Of a stretch of DNA of 64,000 nt, positions 14,652 to 29,086 are shown in pieces. Each line of letters starts with the position of its first letter. Position 1 is the stretch's first letter. This DNA comes from Octopus sinensis. Its lineage: Eukaryota. The stretch spans positions 12,090,001-12,154,000 of the forward strand of contig NC_043016.1 of the NCBI RefSeq assembly GCF_006345805.1, given 5' to 3'. The notes under the pieces were generated by a model, which did not search any database, was not told where the DNA came from, and saw only the letters and a list, made by a program, of their open reading frames with translations. The position numbers were made by a program, and so were the translations under genes.

Positions 14652-15626
14652 ATATATGGTGGATTCTCCCATTGAAGATGACGAATGAGCAGTCAGCTTT
14701 TACCTGCACAAATGAAAAGAAGCAAACATTCATACTCTATCAATATACAAAACATGTTCACTAAAACATGTTCAAATAGAAATTCTTTCCAGCATCTCTA
14801 AAAACTTGAAATTATAGCAGATCACAGAAGCTAATCAAATATAGCAAACTGACCGAGTCCGACTTGACCCATTGGGGTCCAGCCAAACTCGCATGTTTAA
14901 TACAAAGAACTAGTGGTTTAACTACATCTCGCTAAATGCAGAACATAACTATAATACATAATAAGTAAGGATAGAATAAGTTTAAAAACAACAAAGTTCT
15001 ACTTTAGCCTCAGGCTGACCAAAACCTTGTGAGTGAATTTCATAGACAGAAACTGAAAGATGATAAGGCGGCGAGCTGGTAGAAACGTTGGCACACCGGG
15101 TGAAATGCTTAACGGTATTTCGTCTGCCACTATGTTCTGAGTTCAAATTCTGCTGAGGTCGACTTTGCCTTTCATCCTTTCGGGGTCGATAAATAAAGTA
15201 CCAGTTGCATACTGGGGTCATTGTAATCGACTTAATCCCTTTGTCTGACCTTGTTTGTCCCCTCTATGTTTATAGCCCCTTGTGGGCAATAAAGAAATAA
15301 GAAACTGAAAGAGGACCCTAGTGTGTGTGTGTGTGTGTATGTGTGTGTGTGTGTGTATGTGTGTGTGTGTGTGTGTGTGTGATTGTCCTCTACCACAGCT
15401 TAACAACTTGTGTTTGTGTGTTTAAATCCATGCAACCTTAGTGGTTTGGCAAAAGTGACCAATGGAATAATTACCAGGCCAAAGTGGAAAAAAAAAGAAA
15501 GTATTGGAGTTGATTCATTCAGCTAAACCATTTCTGAAGGCGGCAGTCTGCTAGAATGGCAACAGCTTAATGACTCTAACAAATAAAAGATAAAAGATAA
15601 GATTAAAAAAAAAAGCACACACACAC

Positions 15627-15684
<58 letters not shown>

Positions 15685-15719
15685 ATTATATATATAATAT
15701 ATATATTATATAATATATA

Positions 15720-15764
<45 letters not shown>

Positions 15765-16194
15765 TGTAAATATATAATACACCACGCACAATATATACAA
15801 ACATGTTCTTAAGTTGTCAACAGTGAAAGGAGGCAAAGTAAAGAATTTAAACAGCAATGCCATCAATTCAAGTACTTAATGTAGAAGAGATGTAATGACA
15901 GCAAAACCAGTCAAAAACCAAACATTTTTAAAATATACAAACATCGAAAAAGGCTTTGGGTGGATGTTGTGGAAAGTGGGGGTTTTTTTTTTGGGAGGGG
16001 AGGAAAATAAACAAACAACGACAGAGCTTTGGAAGGAGAAGAGAAATATAAACAAACAAACAAACTATTGGTAAGTGTGTTTATAGGCTTTCCTAAGTAA
16101 TTAATCTTATGATATATAAAACAATGTCACAGAGTAGACACTGGCGTAAGGGCAGATAACTCAAATGAACATTTACAGCACAGAGTATTTCACC

Positions 16195-16895
16195 ATACAT
16201 ACATACAATCATACATACATATGTGCACATACATACATACATACATGCATACACACGCACATACATATATACATACATGCATACACATACATACATACAT
16301 ACATACATACATTCATACATACATACATACACACACCAGCATGCATGCATACATACATACCCATACACACACCACTGCATGCATACATACATACCATACA
16401 TACATACATACACACGTACATACATACATACATACATACATACATACATACTACACACATACATTCATACATACATAATACCAATACATGCATACATACA
16501 TACATATATGCATACATACGTAACATACATACCATCATACATACATACATACATACACACATACATATACATACATACATATATCATACATACGACACAT
16601 ACATACATACATACATACATACATTCATACATCATACATACATACATACATGCATACATACATACATATATGCATACATACGTACATACATACATACGTA
16701 CATACATTCATACATACATACATACATATATACATACGTACATAAATACATACATACATACATGCATACATACATACATACATGCATGCATACATACATA
16801 CATACATACAATCATATATACATACATATGCGCACACACATACATATACACATACATACATGCATGCACACATACACACACACACACACACACAC
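16195..16895. repeat. (TACA)n/(CA)n tract; similar tracts at 18035-18410, 21500-22245, 30150-30665 and 50625-51045
   Basis: Directly visible low-complexity repeats. Confidence 0.95.
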
Positions 16896-17466
16896 AAAAA
16901 CAAACAAACATAAGTATGACTGTTTGTATAAAACTGAAAAGAAGAGAGAAGCTGACAGCCATGAGATGGAGGAAAAATTAAGACAAAAGGGAAACTTAAT
17001 GATGAAATTCTATCTCAGAAAAATGCATAGCATTATGCCTTCTAACAGTGTATGGGCATTTAGTATGATCAACAGATGGCAGTTTTAATTTAAGGCTGTT
17101 TCAGTTGTGTATACTCTCTGTACGAGGAGAGAGGCTGAAGAAAGCAGAGGAAAGAAACGTGTTTAAACCAGTTGGTGCAATGGTTCAAAGTTTGAATATG
17201 AAACATTGTTCCTTTCATTTCCTTGAGTGTGTGAATGAACAATGAAACTATGTGCAAAAATGTGATACACTGTTGTATGTGTAAGAGAATTGTTCATTAT
17301 TTTGAAGTGGATTATGAAGGGTTGGCCTGCCACACATAATAATCTATTTCAAATTTATTTGCAAAAATGATCAGCAAAGCGATGGGCAAGTGTCTTCCAC
17401 TATAGCCTCAGCCCATCCAAAACCTTGTGAGTGGATTTGGTAGACGGAAACTGAAAGAAGCCTGTC

Positions 17467-17520
<54 letters not shown>

Positions 17521-17524
17521 ACGC

Positions 17525-17558
<34 letters not shown>

Positions 17559-18409
17559 TTGTGTGTCTGTGTTTGTACCCCCACCATTGCTTGACAACGA
17601 TGGTGGTGTGTTTACATCCCCGTAACTTAGTGATTCAGCAAAAGAGACCAATGTTGTGGTGCACCTGAGCACTGTATACAATTAATTTCATTATTATTTT
17701 AGAATAAGTACTAGGCTTACAAAGAAGAAGTCCTGGGGTCAATTTGCTCGTCCAAAGGCAGTGCTCCAGCATGGCCGCAGTCAAATGACTGATTTGTAAT
17801 TGCAAATTAGGGGCCAATGCGGTCCCTAATTTGTAATTTTGTTAATGTAAGAGGCAGGTGTTACATTATCAGCAATTATGATGAAATGTGTCTGGTTGTG
17901 TAGGGCTGGATGCAATGCAGCTTCTATGCTGGAGGTTGGCAAGGTTTCTATCACTTTTGAAATGTGAGGAAAGATGGGTGGGAAAGATCAAAGTGGCTGT
18001 CAAAGAGTGGGATCTGGAAGTCATATATGCTGCACATATACATACATACATACACAAACACACACATATACATACATACATACATGTATGCATGCATATA
18101 TATATATACATACGTATATACATACATACGTACATGCATGCATATATACATACATACATACACAAACACACACATATACATACATTCTTGTACATACATC
18201 CATGCATGCATACAATACATACATACAATACATACACACAATACATACACACAATACATACATACAATACATACACACATACATACATACATACATACAC
18301 ACACACACATACACACATACATACATACATACATACATACATACATACATACATACAAACATACATACATACATACATACATACATACACACACATATAT
18401 ATATATATA

Positions 18410-18740
18410 CAGGGTCAGGCAAAATGATCTGACACATTTGTAGGTTAAATAAAAGGCAAATGAAGTAAAGAAACAAAAAAGTGTTTTTATTTTTGAAAAG
18501 TACATATAATGCCATTTTGTTTCATTATGTTTTAAAAATTAAATCAGTCAAATGGGATCCATTATTGTCCACACACTGTCGAAGGCGTTCACGAAAGTTG
18601 TCAATAACTCAGCAGGTCATTTCATGTGGAATGGCAGTAATTTCTTGACGAATTGCATCTTTAAGTTGTTCAATAGATCGAGGGCGATTAATGTATACCT
18701 TTGACTTGAGGTATCCCCAGAGAAAAAAATCGCAGAAGGT
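18410..18740 (-). mobile_element. Tc1-like transposase 3' fragment with terminal repeat
   Basis: DFFLWGYLKSKVYINRPRSIEQLKDAIRQEI..RLRQCVDNNGSHL, ending at TA-CAGGGT. Confidence 0.8.
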
Positions 18741-19801
18741 GACAATCGAATGCACAGCATTGATAAGCCTCGACAAAGGCAAACCATGTTGTTGGTTCTC
18801 CTAACACATTGTAGTTATAATGTTCCAGTGTAAAAAATCCATGAAAAGATTTTATCTCAGAAAATTCTACAGCTTTATATCTTCTAATTGTGTATACACT
18901 TTTAATATATACTGATATACTATACAGATGGCAATGTGGTGTGTGTGTGTGTAAGTGTGTGTGTGTGTGTGTGTGTAAGTGTGTGTGTGTGTGTGTGTGT
19001 GTATGTGATTCTCAACTGCAACTCTCAGGGGTGCATGTGACCCTCAAGACCCCTACCAGGAGCCCTCAACAATCTTCCTCTCTTTTACTTGTTTCAGTCA
19101 TTTGACTGTGGCCATACTGGAGCACCGCCTTTAGTCGAGCAAATCGACCCCAGGACTTATTCTTTGTAAGCCTGGTACTTATTCTATCCGTCTCTTTTGC
19201 CAAGCCGCTAAGTTACTGGGATGTAAACACACCACCATCGGTTGTCAAGCGATGGTGGGAGGGTGACAAACACAGACAAACACACACACATATATGACAG
19301 TCTTCTTTCAGTTCCCATCTACCAAATCCACTCACAAGGCTTTGGATGGGCTGAGGCTATAGTAGAAGACACTTGCCCAAGGTGTCACACAGTGGGACTG
19401 AACCAGGAACCATGTGGTTGGTAAGCAAGCTACTTACCACACAGCCACTCCTGCATCTTCCCTTCATAAATATAATACATTTTACTTTAATTCACTTGCA
19501 TTTTACTTTTCTGGGTACAGGCTCCTAAAAATTCCAGGTTTTGGATCTGGTCTGGATGTTAAAAAGGTTAAGAAGCACTGGTTCAGATTCTACCATGGTT
19601 CACTTTGCTTTTCATCTTTTCAGGATTGATAAAATTAGTACCAGTTGATGTAATTAGCCATCCCTCTTGCTATAAATTGTTGGCCTTGTGCCAAAATTTG
19701 ATTGAACAGAATTATAAAAATCTATTTGACCAAGGCCAGATGGAACTTCACAACAATTAAAGATATATGGAAATATACTGAAGAGCAGAGAAGGGTTAGG
19801 G

Positions 19802-20472
19802 CAGTGTTTCTCAACTTGGGGTCCCCCGGAACCCTAGTGTTCTGCAAGAAAGAGTGAGATAAGCTAATATTAATTTCATGATCATAATACTACGAAACAT
19901 GCACAACATATTATTGGTTATTGTAATATAGACATCATCCTATCTAACCTATTATGTTATAAAAAAATATAACAACCGTTGGGGATATATTTAGTGATGT
20001 CTGTTATTTATGGGCACTCTCTCTCTCTCTCTATGTATGTATTTATGTATGTATATATGTATATGCACACACAACACCACACATATATATTATATATGTA
20101 CATATATATTATTTTATAGAAGGAGCTTCTACAGGACTAGAATTGTTTCATTCAAATGAAATCATCAGGAAGCTTCCTGATGATTTCATTTGAATGAAAC
20201 AGTTCTAGTCCTGTAGAAGCTCCTTCTATAAAATAAATAATTTACCTGCTAGTATTGAGTACCTTATTTACTGTGGTTAACCCCGACTCAACCCGGGACC
20301 TACATATGTACATATATATATATATATTTGTATGTATGTATGATATTTACCATGTGAATTACGATGAAAAAATATGAGAAAGATATGACATGTAATTTTT
20401 TGTGCAGGGGTTCCTTGGGAATGTTATTTTAATTTAAGGGTTACGCAAGGGTAAAAAGGTTGAGGAACACTG
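19802..20472. mobile_element. hAT MITE interrupted by microsatellite and the hammerhead palindrome
   Basis: TIRs CAGTGTTTCTCAAC / GTTGAGGAACACTG with a degenerate 8-bp TSD GGTTAGGG/GGTTAGAA. Confidence 0.7.
20171..20221 (+). ncRNA. Type I hammerhead ribozyme motif, mirrored on the minus strand at about 20124-20174
   Basis: Stem I AGCTTC/GAAGCT, core CTGATGA, weak stem II, GAAA, stem III ACAG..CTGT, GTA cleavage triplet. Confidence 0.7.
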
Positions 20473-21783
20473 GGTTAGAATATCAAGACTGCAACACAAT
20501 TCCTCCTATGATAACTTCTGATTAACAAATGGTCAGTCAGGGTGTGTAGCATGGTTGAGTTAGGTATAGACATGGTATGATTGGAACTATAGATCTGTTG
20601 ATTAGTGTTTAGTTTTTCAGCCAGTTACCCATGCGCTTGATCAGAGCTGATCTGGGTTTCCATAACAATCAATTTCTTTATTCACCATATAAGATTAAGA
20701 GAAAGAGGGGACAATACAAGGACAGACAAAACAAATATTGGGGTCAGGGGATCGAATGGGATGAATGTATGAATAAACAATTTTTAATATATACAATAAA
20801 ACGTGAATGAATGATAAGCAAAAAAATGAAGCGGAGGACGCAGTCGACCCCACAAACCAAATTCTCACACGGTAGACTTTGGGTTTTCTGTAAGTTATTT
20901 GATTTGAGTATAAAGAAAAAAAGTAAGATGAACTAACAAGGCCGTAACTCCTAGCTTTTGATTTTTACCTGTTTATTTTAAAATACCTTTTGTAACCGAC
21001 TTTAGCTTGTCATAACAATTTCAAATCTTTACTACACAAAATATAAATACTGGGATAAAATGGGAGGAAAAGAAACAAAAAAAAAATGTAAATTTAAATA
21101 TGAATTTAGCGTCCAGTATAGCAAAACAAGAAGAACACAAAAAAAAAAAGACAGTAAAGATGATGAGAATAAAAGGATGTTAGGCTTGGCTGCTCAAAAA
21201 TTTATTTAAAAATATAAAAAAAAAATAACAAAACAACATACACACATACATGCATGCATATATACATACATACATACATACATACACATATGCACACAAA
21301 AAACAACACACATACCTAATGATTTAGAAACAGGAAACTGATGACATTGGGAATAATTTACAACTAAATTCACAGGATATCACAAGACATAACTGAAGGT
21401 TATTCTGACAAAAGACAAGAAGAAAAAAATATACAAATATAATATATAATATATATAAAAAAAAAATACTGATACAGGATTAGTTTTTAATTTTTAAAAA
21501 TATGTATCTAAAGGAATACATGTACATACATATATCTATGTGTGTGTGTGTGTGTGTATACATACACACACACACGCATACACAGGCATATACATATGTA
21601 TTTTATATATATATATATATATAGGTATGTGTGTCTGTTCGTGTGTTTATATATATATAAACATCCACATACATGTACTATGCATATGTAATATATATAT
21701 ATATATATATTATGCATATTATGCATATATACATGTATGTGTATGTTCTATATATATAAACATACACATACATGTATATATGC

Positions 21784-21828
<45 letters not shown>

Positions 21829-21994
21829 TATATATATATATATATTATATATATATATATATTATGCATATGCATATATACATGTATGTGTATGTTTATA
21901 TTATATAAACACACGAACAGACACACATACCTATATATATATATATATATATAACATACACATACATGTATATATGCATATATATATATATATA

Positions 21995-22037
<43 letters not shown>

Positions 22038-22045
22038 TGCATATA

Positions 22046-22193
<148 letters not shown>

Positions 22194-22289
22194 AACAAAC
22201 ATCATACATGATATATATGCACACACACACACACACACATATATAGGTAGAGAGAGAGAGAGAGATAAAGAGAGAGAGATGAATGGCTA

Positions 22290-23790
22290 GTGAGAGCTAA
22301 CTAAGCTAGGTACAGGGTTGTTCATGGTAAGGTGAACATCAGCAATAAATACAGCAGCAAATTTAATGAGCAGGTAGGAGTTCACCAGGGATCATTTCTC
22401 CACACCCTTTTATTATTTACCATAGTCCTGCAAGCCATAACAGAAGAGTTTCAGACTAGTTATCCATGGGAGTTATTCTATGTTGATGGGTTTGCTCTTA
22501 TAGCTGATCTATAATAGAATTAGAGAAGAAATTTCAGGTGTAGAAGCAAAGCTGGAATAAAAGGACTTTAGAGTTGAATTAGCAAAGACCAAAATTCTAA
22601 GAAGCAGAAAAGCAGACACATTACACTTCCCTTCAAAGAAATGGCCCCACTCAAAATGTAGAAATGGTGTAGGTAGAAATTCCATACAGTGTACCCTGTA
22701 CATAAGAGATGCAGTGGAATCACAGGAAGGTTAACAGAGAAAGTAGTCTTTGTGTGTAGCAGATGTGCAGGAACTATAAGCACTAAAAACACACATGAAA
22801 TAGATTTCTTTAGATACCCAGGGGTATCCTTGGAGGTAGTGGATAATATCTGTTATCTTGATGATCTAATTAGCAATGGTGGAGGAGTTGAAAGTCTATT
22901 TGCAAGGGTACAAACTGGCAGGGGAGAGTTCAGAGAGCTTTCTTGGGGGAAAACAGAAAAGGCCTCTACTCCAGAGTAAAAAGTAGGATTGTGTGATACA
23001 TGTGTACGAACACCTATGCTAGATAGTAGTGAAACGTGGGCTGTGACTGTACAGGACATGCAAAAGTTTGAAAGAAATGAAGCTAGCATTGTTCCACTGG
23101 ATAAGTGATGTCACTGTGCATATATGACAAAGTGTAAATGTGTTGAGATAAAAAAAATTGGATATTAGAGGCATAAGATGTTGTGCGCAAGACTGCAATG
23201 GGATGGTCGTGTGATGCATAAGGATAAAGAAGTGCTGATGTCTAATTGTGTAGGGGTTCCTTGAGAATGTAATTTATTTCAAGGGTTACACAAGGGTAAA
23301 AAGGTTGAGAAACACTGGGTTAGAATGTCAAGACTGCAACACAAATCCTCCTATGATTACTTTTCTGATTAACAAATGGTCAGACAGGGTGTGTAGCATG
23401 GTTGAGTTAGGTATAGACATGGTATGATGGGAACAATAGATCTATTGATTAGTGTTTAGCTTTTCAGCCAATTACCCATGCGCTTGATCAGAGCTGATCT
23501 GGGTTTCCATAACAAGCAATTTCTTTATTCACCATATAAGATTATTCACCATATAAGATTAAGAAAAAGAGGGGACAATACAAGGACAGACAAAACAAAT
23601 ATTGGGGTCAGGGGATCGAATGGGATGAACGTATGAATAAACCAGTGGAAAAGGAAGACCCAGGAAGAAGTGGATGAAAGTGGTAAAAAATGATCTTCTG
23701 TTGTTTGAGCCTAAAAGATGGGATGACAAAAGACTGAAATGATTGGCAATTTGCTGTGCCTGAGAAATCCTTCCATCTAGGCAAAAATGA
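22290..23790 (+). mobile_element. Decayed RTE-clade LINE (RT C-terminal half), interrupted at 23247-23642
   Basis: VGVHQGS..PWELFYVDG (YADD-like), Cys-rich HKRCSGITGRL..FVCSRC, SETWAVT, and GRPRKKW motifs. Confidence 0.85.
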
Positions 23791-24671
23791 GGCCCTAAAG
23801 GTATGTCATTTATGTCCATACTCCTGCTCACAATCTGTCCCTAACAAACCTCTCCCCAACAACTCATATTCTTAATACTTCTCTCCCTCTACCAATGTAC
23901 GTCATCATCATCATTGTTTAACATCCGCTTTCCATGCTAGCATGGGTTGGACGATTTGACTGAGGACTGGCGAACCAGATGGCTGTACCAGGCTCCAGTC
24001 TGATCACAATTCATTTTTTCCCCCCTTCTCTTGTCTTTGTCTCTCCACTCTTCTTTTGCACTGATGTGAACTTAGCCGTACACAACTGGTATGATTATCC
24101 TCTCTCCCTCATAAAACCCTCCCCTTCCACCTGTATTGGCTCCCCTCCACATCACACTCATCTTTTGTTCTCTCATAAACTTACCAACCTTCTCACCCTA
24201 TCCAATCCTCTTATATTCATCTTCCTCCAGCTTTAAGGTATATACTGGTACCTCATTACCATCTTTTCTGTCTGTCTCTCTCTCTCACTCTTTCTTCTTT
24301 GCTCTCTCCTCTTTCTCTCTCTCTTTTCCCAAATGGGGTATTCATGTATTATTTCCTCTTCAACAAGACACCTTGGCCATACTCTAACAATCTCATCACT
24401 AGATACAAAGCCTACTCCCTCGATACAACTACAGACTCAGTTAAGGGAACATGTCTTGCAAGTTACCTGGTGACCCCATTGATGCTGGTGCAATATGAAA
24501 AGCACCTAGTACACCCTGTAAAGTGGTTTGTATCTGGGTTTTCATTTATAGAAACTATACCAAAACAGACAGTAGAACTTGGTGCGGTCTTCTGATTTGC
24601 TAACTCCTGTCAAACTGCCCAACCCACGTCAGCATGAAAAAATAGACATTAAATGATAATGATAAAAATAT

Positions 24672-24723
<52 letters not shown>

Positions 24724-24726
<3 letters not shown>

Positions 24727-24914
24727 TCGCCATGATAGATCAGTAGCCACTACACACATTTTTTTTCTCTCCTTGTTTTTTTCTGTGTCCCTTTCTGTAG
24801 AAGAGCGTAGGCTCGAAACGTAAAAGATTTTTTCTATTCCTGAGTGTTATACTAATACATCTGTTTGTTTTGTACACCACTTGTCTTCGTCTTTTGTTTT
24901 TTTCGTGAACTCTC

Positions 24915-24920
<6 letters not shown>
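24724..24920 (+). mobile_element. Penelope-like pseudo-LTR fragment in (TA)n with a variant minimal hammerhead at 24791-24826; older copy at about 25350-25545
   Basis: CTTT-CTGTAGA-A-GAGC(GTAG)GCTC-GAAA-CG-TA-AAAG, flanked on both sides by (TA)n. Confidence 0.55.
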
Positions 24921-24971
<51 letters not shown>

Positions 24972-25558
24972 ATATATACACACACACACATATATATTTA
25001 TATACATATAGACATATTTATATTCATATACATACTTAGATACAAACACATAACACCTGAACACAGACAATATATACATACACACACAACATACATAGAC
25101 AAAGATAACTTTTGCCCGCATACATACACCATATACATGCATACTGTTTGGTCATAGACACACACACCACATGAAAAAGCACACATCAACTGCTACACAC
25201 AACCCATGCACACACTCACCCTTATTCACACATACACACACACACATGCATCTGCTCTCATTGGGATCACTAGCACTATTATTATCTGCCTTTCATTCAA
25301 CCTCTTTTTTTATTGTTATCTCCCTTTCTTTCACCCTCTTTTTTCCTAATCATTCATGTTGGACTGCTGAACACTACATGCTTTTTTTTTCATTCTCTTT
25401 GTTTATTTCTTTTTATTCCTTTCTGTTGAAAAGTGTAAGCTTGGAACATAAAAGACTTTTTCATCTTTCCCATGCATCAAACTAATACACTTGCTTGTTG
25501 TTCATACACTGTCTTCGTCTCTTGTTTATCTATAAATTTCAACTGTGTATATATACTT

Positions 25559-25609
<51 letters not shown>

Positions 25610-25675
25610 TATAAATATACATTATATATAATACATACATGCATACACACACACACACACACATACATAGATACA

Positions 25676-25915
25676 TTATGGCTGCCCCCTCGTTATCGAG
25701 TATGGCCATTGCACAAAGCTTAACTGTTACTGGTGCTGTGATCGAATGTGACTTTTTAGCCCAGCTAAAGATCTACAATGTCTTGTACAGAATTGGCAAC
25801 TAAAACCTTTACTGGTAATAGCCGGCTGTAGTTGTAACTGGGCTCCATGTACCTTTGCATGTCGTTTAAGTCCTGCCAAATTACACTCTCTTCCACATGC
25901 CCGACAGACAGACTG
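25676..25915 (-). mobile_element. RTE-type LINE 3' end with two C2H2 fingers
   Basis: CRACGRECNLAGLKRHAKVH and CQFCTRHCRSLAGLKSHIRSQH, then stop and a short 3' stem-loop (CTCGATAACGAG). 5'-truncated at a microsatellite. Confidence 0.6.
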
Positions 25916-27394
25916 ACATACATACATAAATAAATAAATAAATAAATAATTTCTAATATTAAGGACTTATAAGCAGTATGTTCTCGGATACATGCAGAAG
26001 ATACAGAATTACAGATAATGGTACCTTTTGAGTGAGATGGGCTACTCTACCTGACAAAAATTCTAACTGGGCTCCACCTGTGAGGTCATGCACTGTTTCC
26101 CATGTGCTGGTGGCACGTAAAAAGCACCATCCGATTGTGGGCATTTGCCAGTCTCGTCTGGCACCTGTGCCGGTGGCACGTAAAAAGCACCCACTACACC
26201 CACGGAGTGGTTGGTGTTAGGAAGGGCATCCAGGTAGAAACACTGCCAGATCAGACTGGGCCTGGTGCAGCCTTCGGGCTTCCCAGACCCCAGTTGAACC
26301 GTCCAACCCATGTCAGTATGGAAAGCAGACGCTAAACGATGATGATGATGATGATGATTCCACCAAGAATGAAATCACATGTTTAGGTGTTTCATCTCTT
26401 TTTCCAACAAGGACATGTGGACACACAAACACACACACAGTAGGTTGTAATTTGGTGCTGTTATGTGTGATTTACCATAAAGTAACAAAATGACACAATA
26501 TCAAATGGCATGAAAAAGCAATTGTTGACTAGAAGCTTTGTCATAATTTTAAGTTTAAATTTTTAATCGCTATTTAAAACAAACACAAACCAAGATTAGT
26601 TTTAATGGCTTAACTAATTTGCATATCCTGCATCAATTGGTAATATGATTAAATCTTTTATTTTTTATCTTTTACTTGTTTTAATCATTGAATTGCAGCT
26701 ATGCTGGGGGCACTGCTTCCAAGGGTTTTAGTGAAACAAAATAAACCCATGCTAATTTTTTAAACCTAATATTTATTCTATCAGTCCTTCTTGTTGAACA
26801 GCTAAGTTATAGGGATGTAAACAACCTAACACTGGCTGTCAAGTGGTAGTGGTGGTGGTGGTAGACAAACACAACCACACATGTGTGTGTACACGCACAC
26901 ACAAATCATGGCCTTCTTTCAGTTTCCATCTACCAAATCCACTTACAAGACTTTGGTCAGTCAGGGGCTACAGTAGAAGAAATTTGCTCAAGTTGCCACA
27001 CAGTGGGACTGAACCTAAAACCATGTGATTCTTAACCTCACAGCCACCCCAAGGTGTATATTAAACATAAAAACTCAAGATAAATGCAATACAGTAAAAC
27101 TATAGGCCTTCATTGTGGAACTTTGTTAGACGTAGACCTTGTAATTCATTTCACACACAGAAAAGTGCTTATTCTCTTTGTATAAAACATATCAGGATAA
27201 TCTTCAGAATTTTTCCATGTTTAAAGAGAATAATGATATGTATTTAAAATCTATGTCTTTCAAAGCAAAGGGTTGAAAAAATATTTCTTAGGTTTAAATT
27301 AAATTTATCTTAAATTTTCTAATATATACTGTGTTGTACCTAAAAACATTTATTAACATGTGTGTCTGTGAACATTCATATCACCATATTCCCT

Positions 27395-27502
27395 TCCATA
27401 TCCGCTAACTCTGATGAGCGTAAAGTTATATAATCAGTTTGTTATGCATCACACCATTGTATTCTTTACACGAAATTGATTTGTAAGATCAGTCGTAATG
27501 GA
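27395..27502 (+). ncRNA. Degenerate type I hammerhead motif, same family as 11750-11857
   Basis: CTGATGA at 27411, stem II GCGTAAAG/CTTTACAC, GAAA, GTA, then AGATCAGTCGTAATGGA. Stem III is decayed. Confidence 0.55.
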
Positions 27503-28841
27503 TAACTAATACTATACATTTCAAATAATTTATATATATATTATTGTGTCTGTAGAGAGTCATTCTCTTTTAGTGCCTTATTGAACACCGGTTCAATTTC
27601 CACTCATTTATTATTTATTTTTTCTAAAATCGTCATTGCTTCTTCAATAGTTATTGACTGTTTGTTACCGGAGCTGCATTCTTTTTGTTTGTTTGTGGGC
27701 ATGTGTATGCACATATGTATGTGTGTGTATGCATATATATGTATGTATCTGTGTGAATGCATTTATATATGTATATGTGTGTGTATGTTTGTATCTATGT
27801 ATTCTGCATATTCATGTGTTTGTATGTGTCTGTGTTTTTTGAGAGTGCACCTCTGTCTCCTTGTTTGTGCATGTTTGAGTTTGTCTATGTGTATAGGTTC
27901 GTGTGACTATGTACGTGCATCTGTTATGTATGGATGTGTGTCACCATATGTGTCCGTCCGTGTGTGTGTGTGAAGTGTGCTTGTGTGTATATGGTCATGT
28001 GTTTCAGTCTTCATTTGTGTATGTATGTGTGTGCACACATAATACATCTGAATATAATATCTAAAGTTTCCAGCCTATTCTTGAGTTGGGCTGGGCTGCT
28101 CACATCATTCATGTACAGTTCAGCTAGGGAGGATACTCACGGTAGGCTATCAACTTTTGATATAATACAAAAACACGCTTATATATGTGTGTTTGCAGCT
28201 TTATCTTTTACTTCAAGTCATTGGACTGTGGCCATGCTACAACACCACTTTGAAGGGTTTAGTTGAAAAAGAAAACAACTCCATTACTTTTTTTTTTAAA
28301 ACCTAGTACTTAGTGGCTTGCCAAAAGAGATTGATAGACTAAGTTATGGGGAAATAAACAAACCAACATCAGTTGTCAAGCAATGTAAGGGGGTAAATAT
28401 ACACACACATATATATTTGCAATAAGACTTGTCAAGCCATGTAAAATTGCTGTCTTCCACAAATACACATACATAGGTGCTGGTGCCACATAAAAAGCCC
28501 CCATACCGGAGCTGTATAAATGCACTTGTGCCAGTGGCACATAAAAAGCACCCAACTGTAGAAACCATGCCAAAACAGACAATTAGGGTCAGGACAGTTA
28601 CCTGCTAGCCAGTTCCATGCAAACTGTCCAACCCATGCCAGCATGGAAAGCAGATGTTAAACAATGATGATGATGATGACAATGGGCTTCCACACAGTTT
28701 TCCTCAACCAAATTTACTCACAAGTTATTGGTTGACCTGATGCAATGTTAGAAGTCAGCTGCCCAAGGTGTGGCACAACATACATGTGCATGTGTGTGTA
28801 TATTTATGTATGTATGTACATGTGTGTATATATATATATAT

Positions 28842-29048
28842 ATCCTTAAATCCTTAAAAATGTTTTAGCCCGAAGGCCGCGGCCATGCTGGGGCACCACC
28901 GCTGAATGAGCCACACTAGTTTGTGAATCCACCTCTGATACGTGGCACTTGATCAACAAGGGAGTTCGATGCTGCTGCCCGCATCCGTGTCTCCTGTCGT
29001 GAGGTAGGTTCATCTGGGACTCCCAACAAGAAGAGATCCAGTTTAGTT
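28842..29048 (-). mobile_element. 5'-truncated CR1/L2-group LINE 3' end
   Basis: KLDLFLLGVPDEPTSRQETRMRAAASNSLVDQV..stop at 28916, short 3'UTR, (TTAAGGAT)2 tail. Confidence 0.75.
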
Positions 29049-29086
29049 TATATATATATAAATTTTTATAATTATGAGTATAATTA

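Noticed and set aside
16093-18515. Long His/Thr/Tyr/Ile ORFs (also at 21.5, 30.1 and 50.5 kb)
   Set aside because: Translations of (TACA)n/(TA)n tracts.
20826-20889. ATG-initiated mini-exon ending at gtaagt
   Set aside because: No downstream exons or homology; may be regulatory or chance.
25727-25927. Host C2H2 zinc-finger gene
   Set aside because: No TGEKP linkers or acceptor site; truncated at a microsatellite and followed by an RTE-like 3' end.
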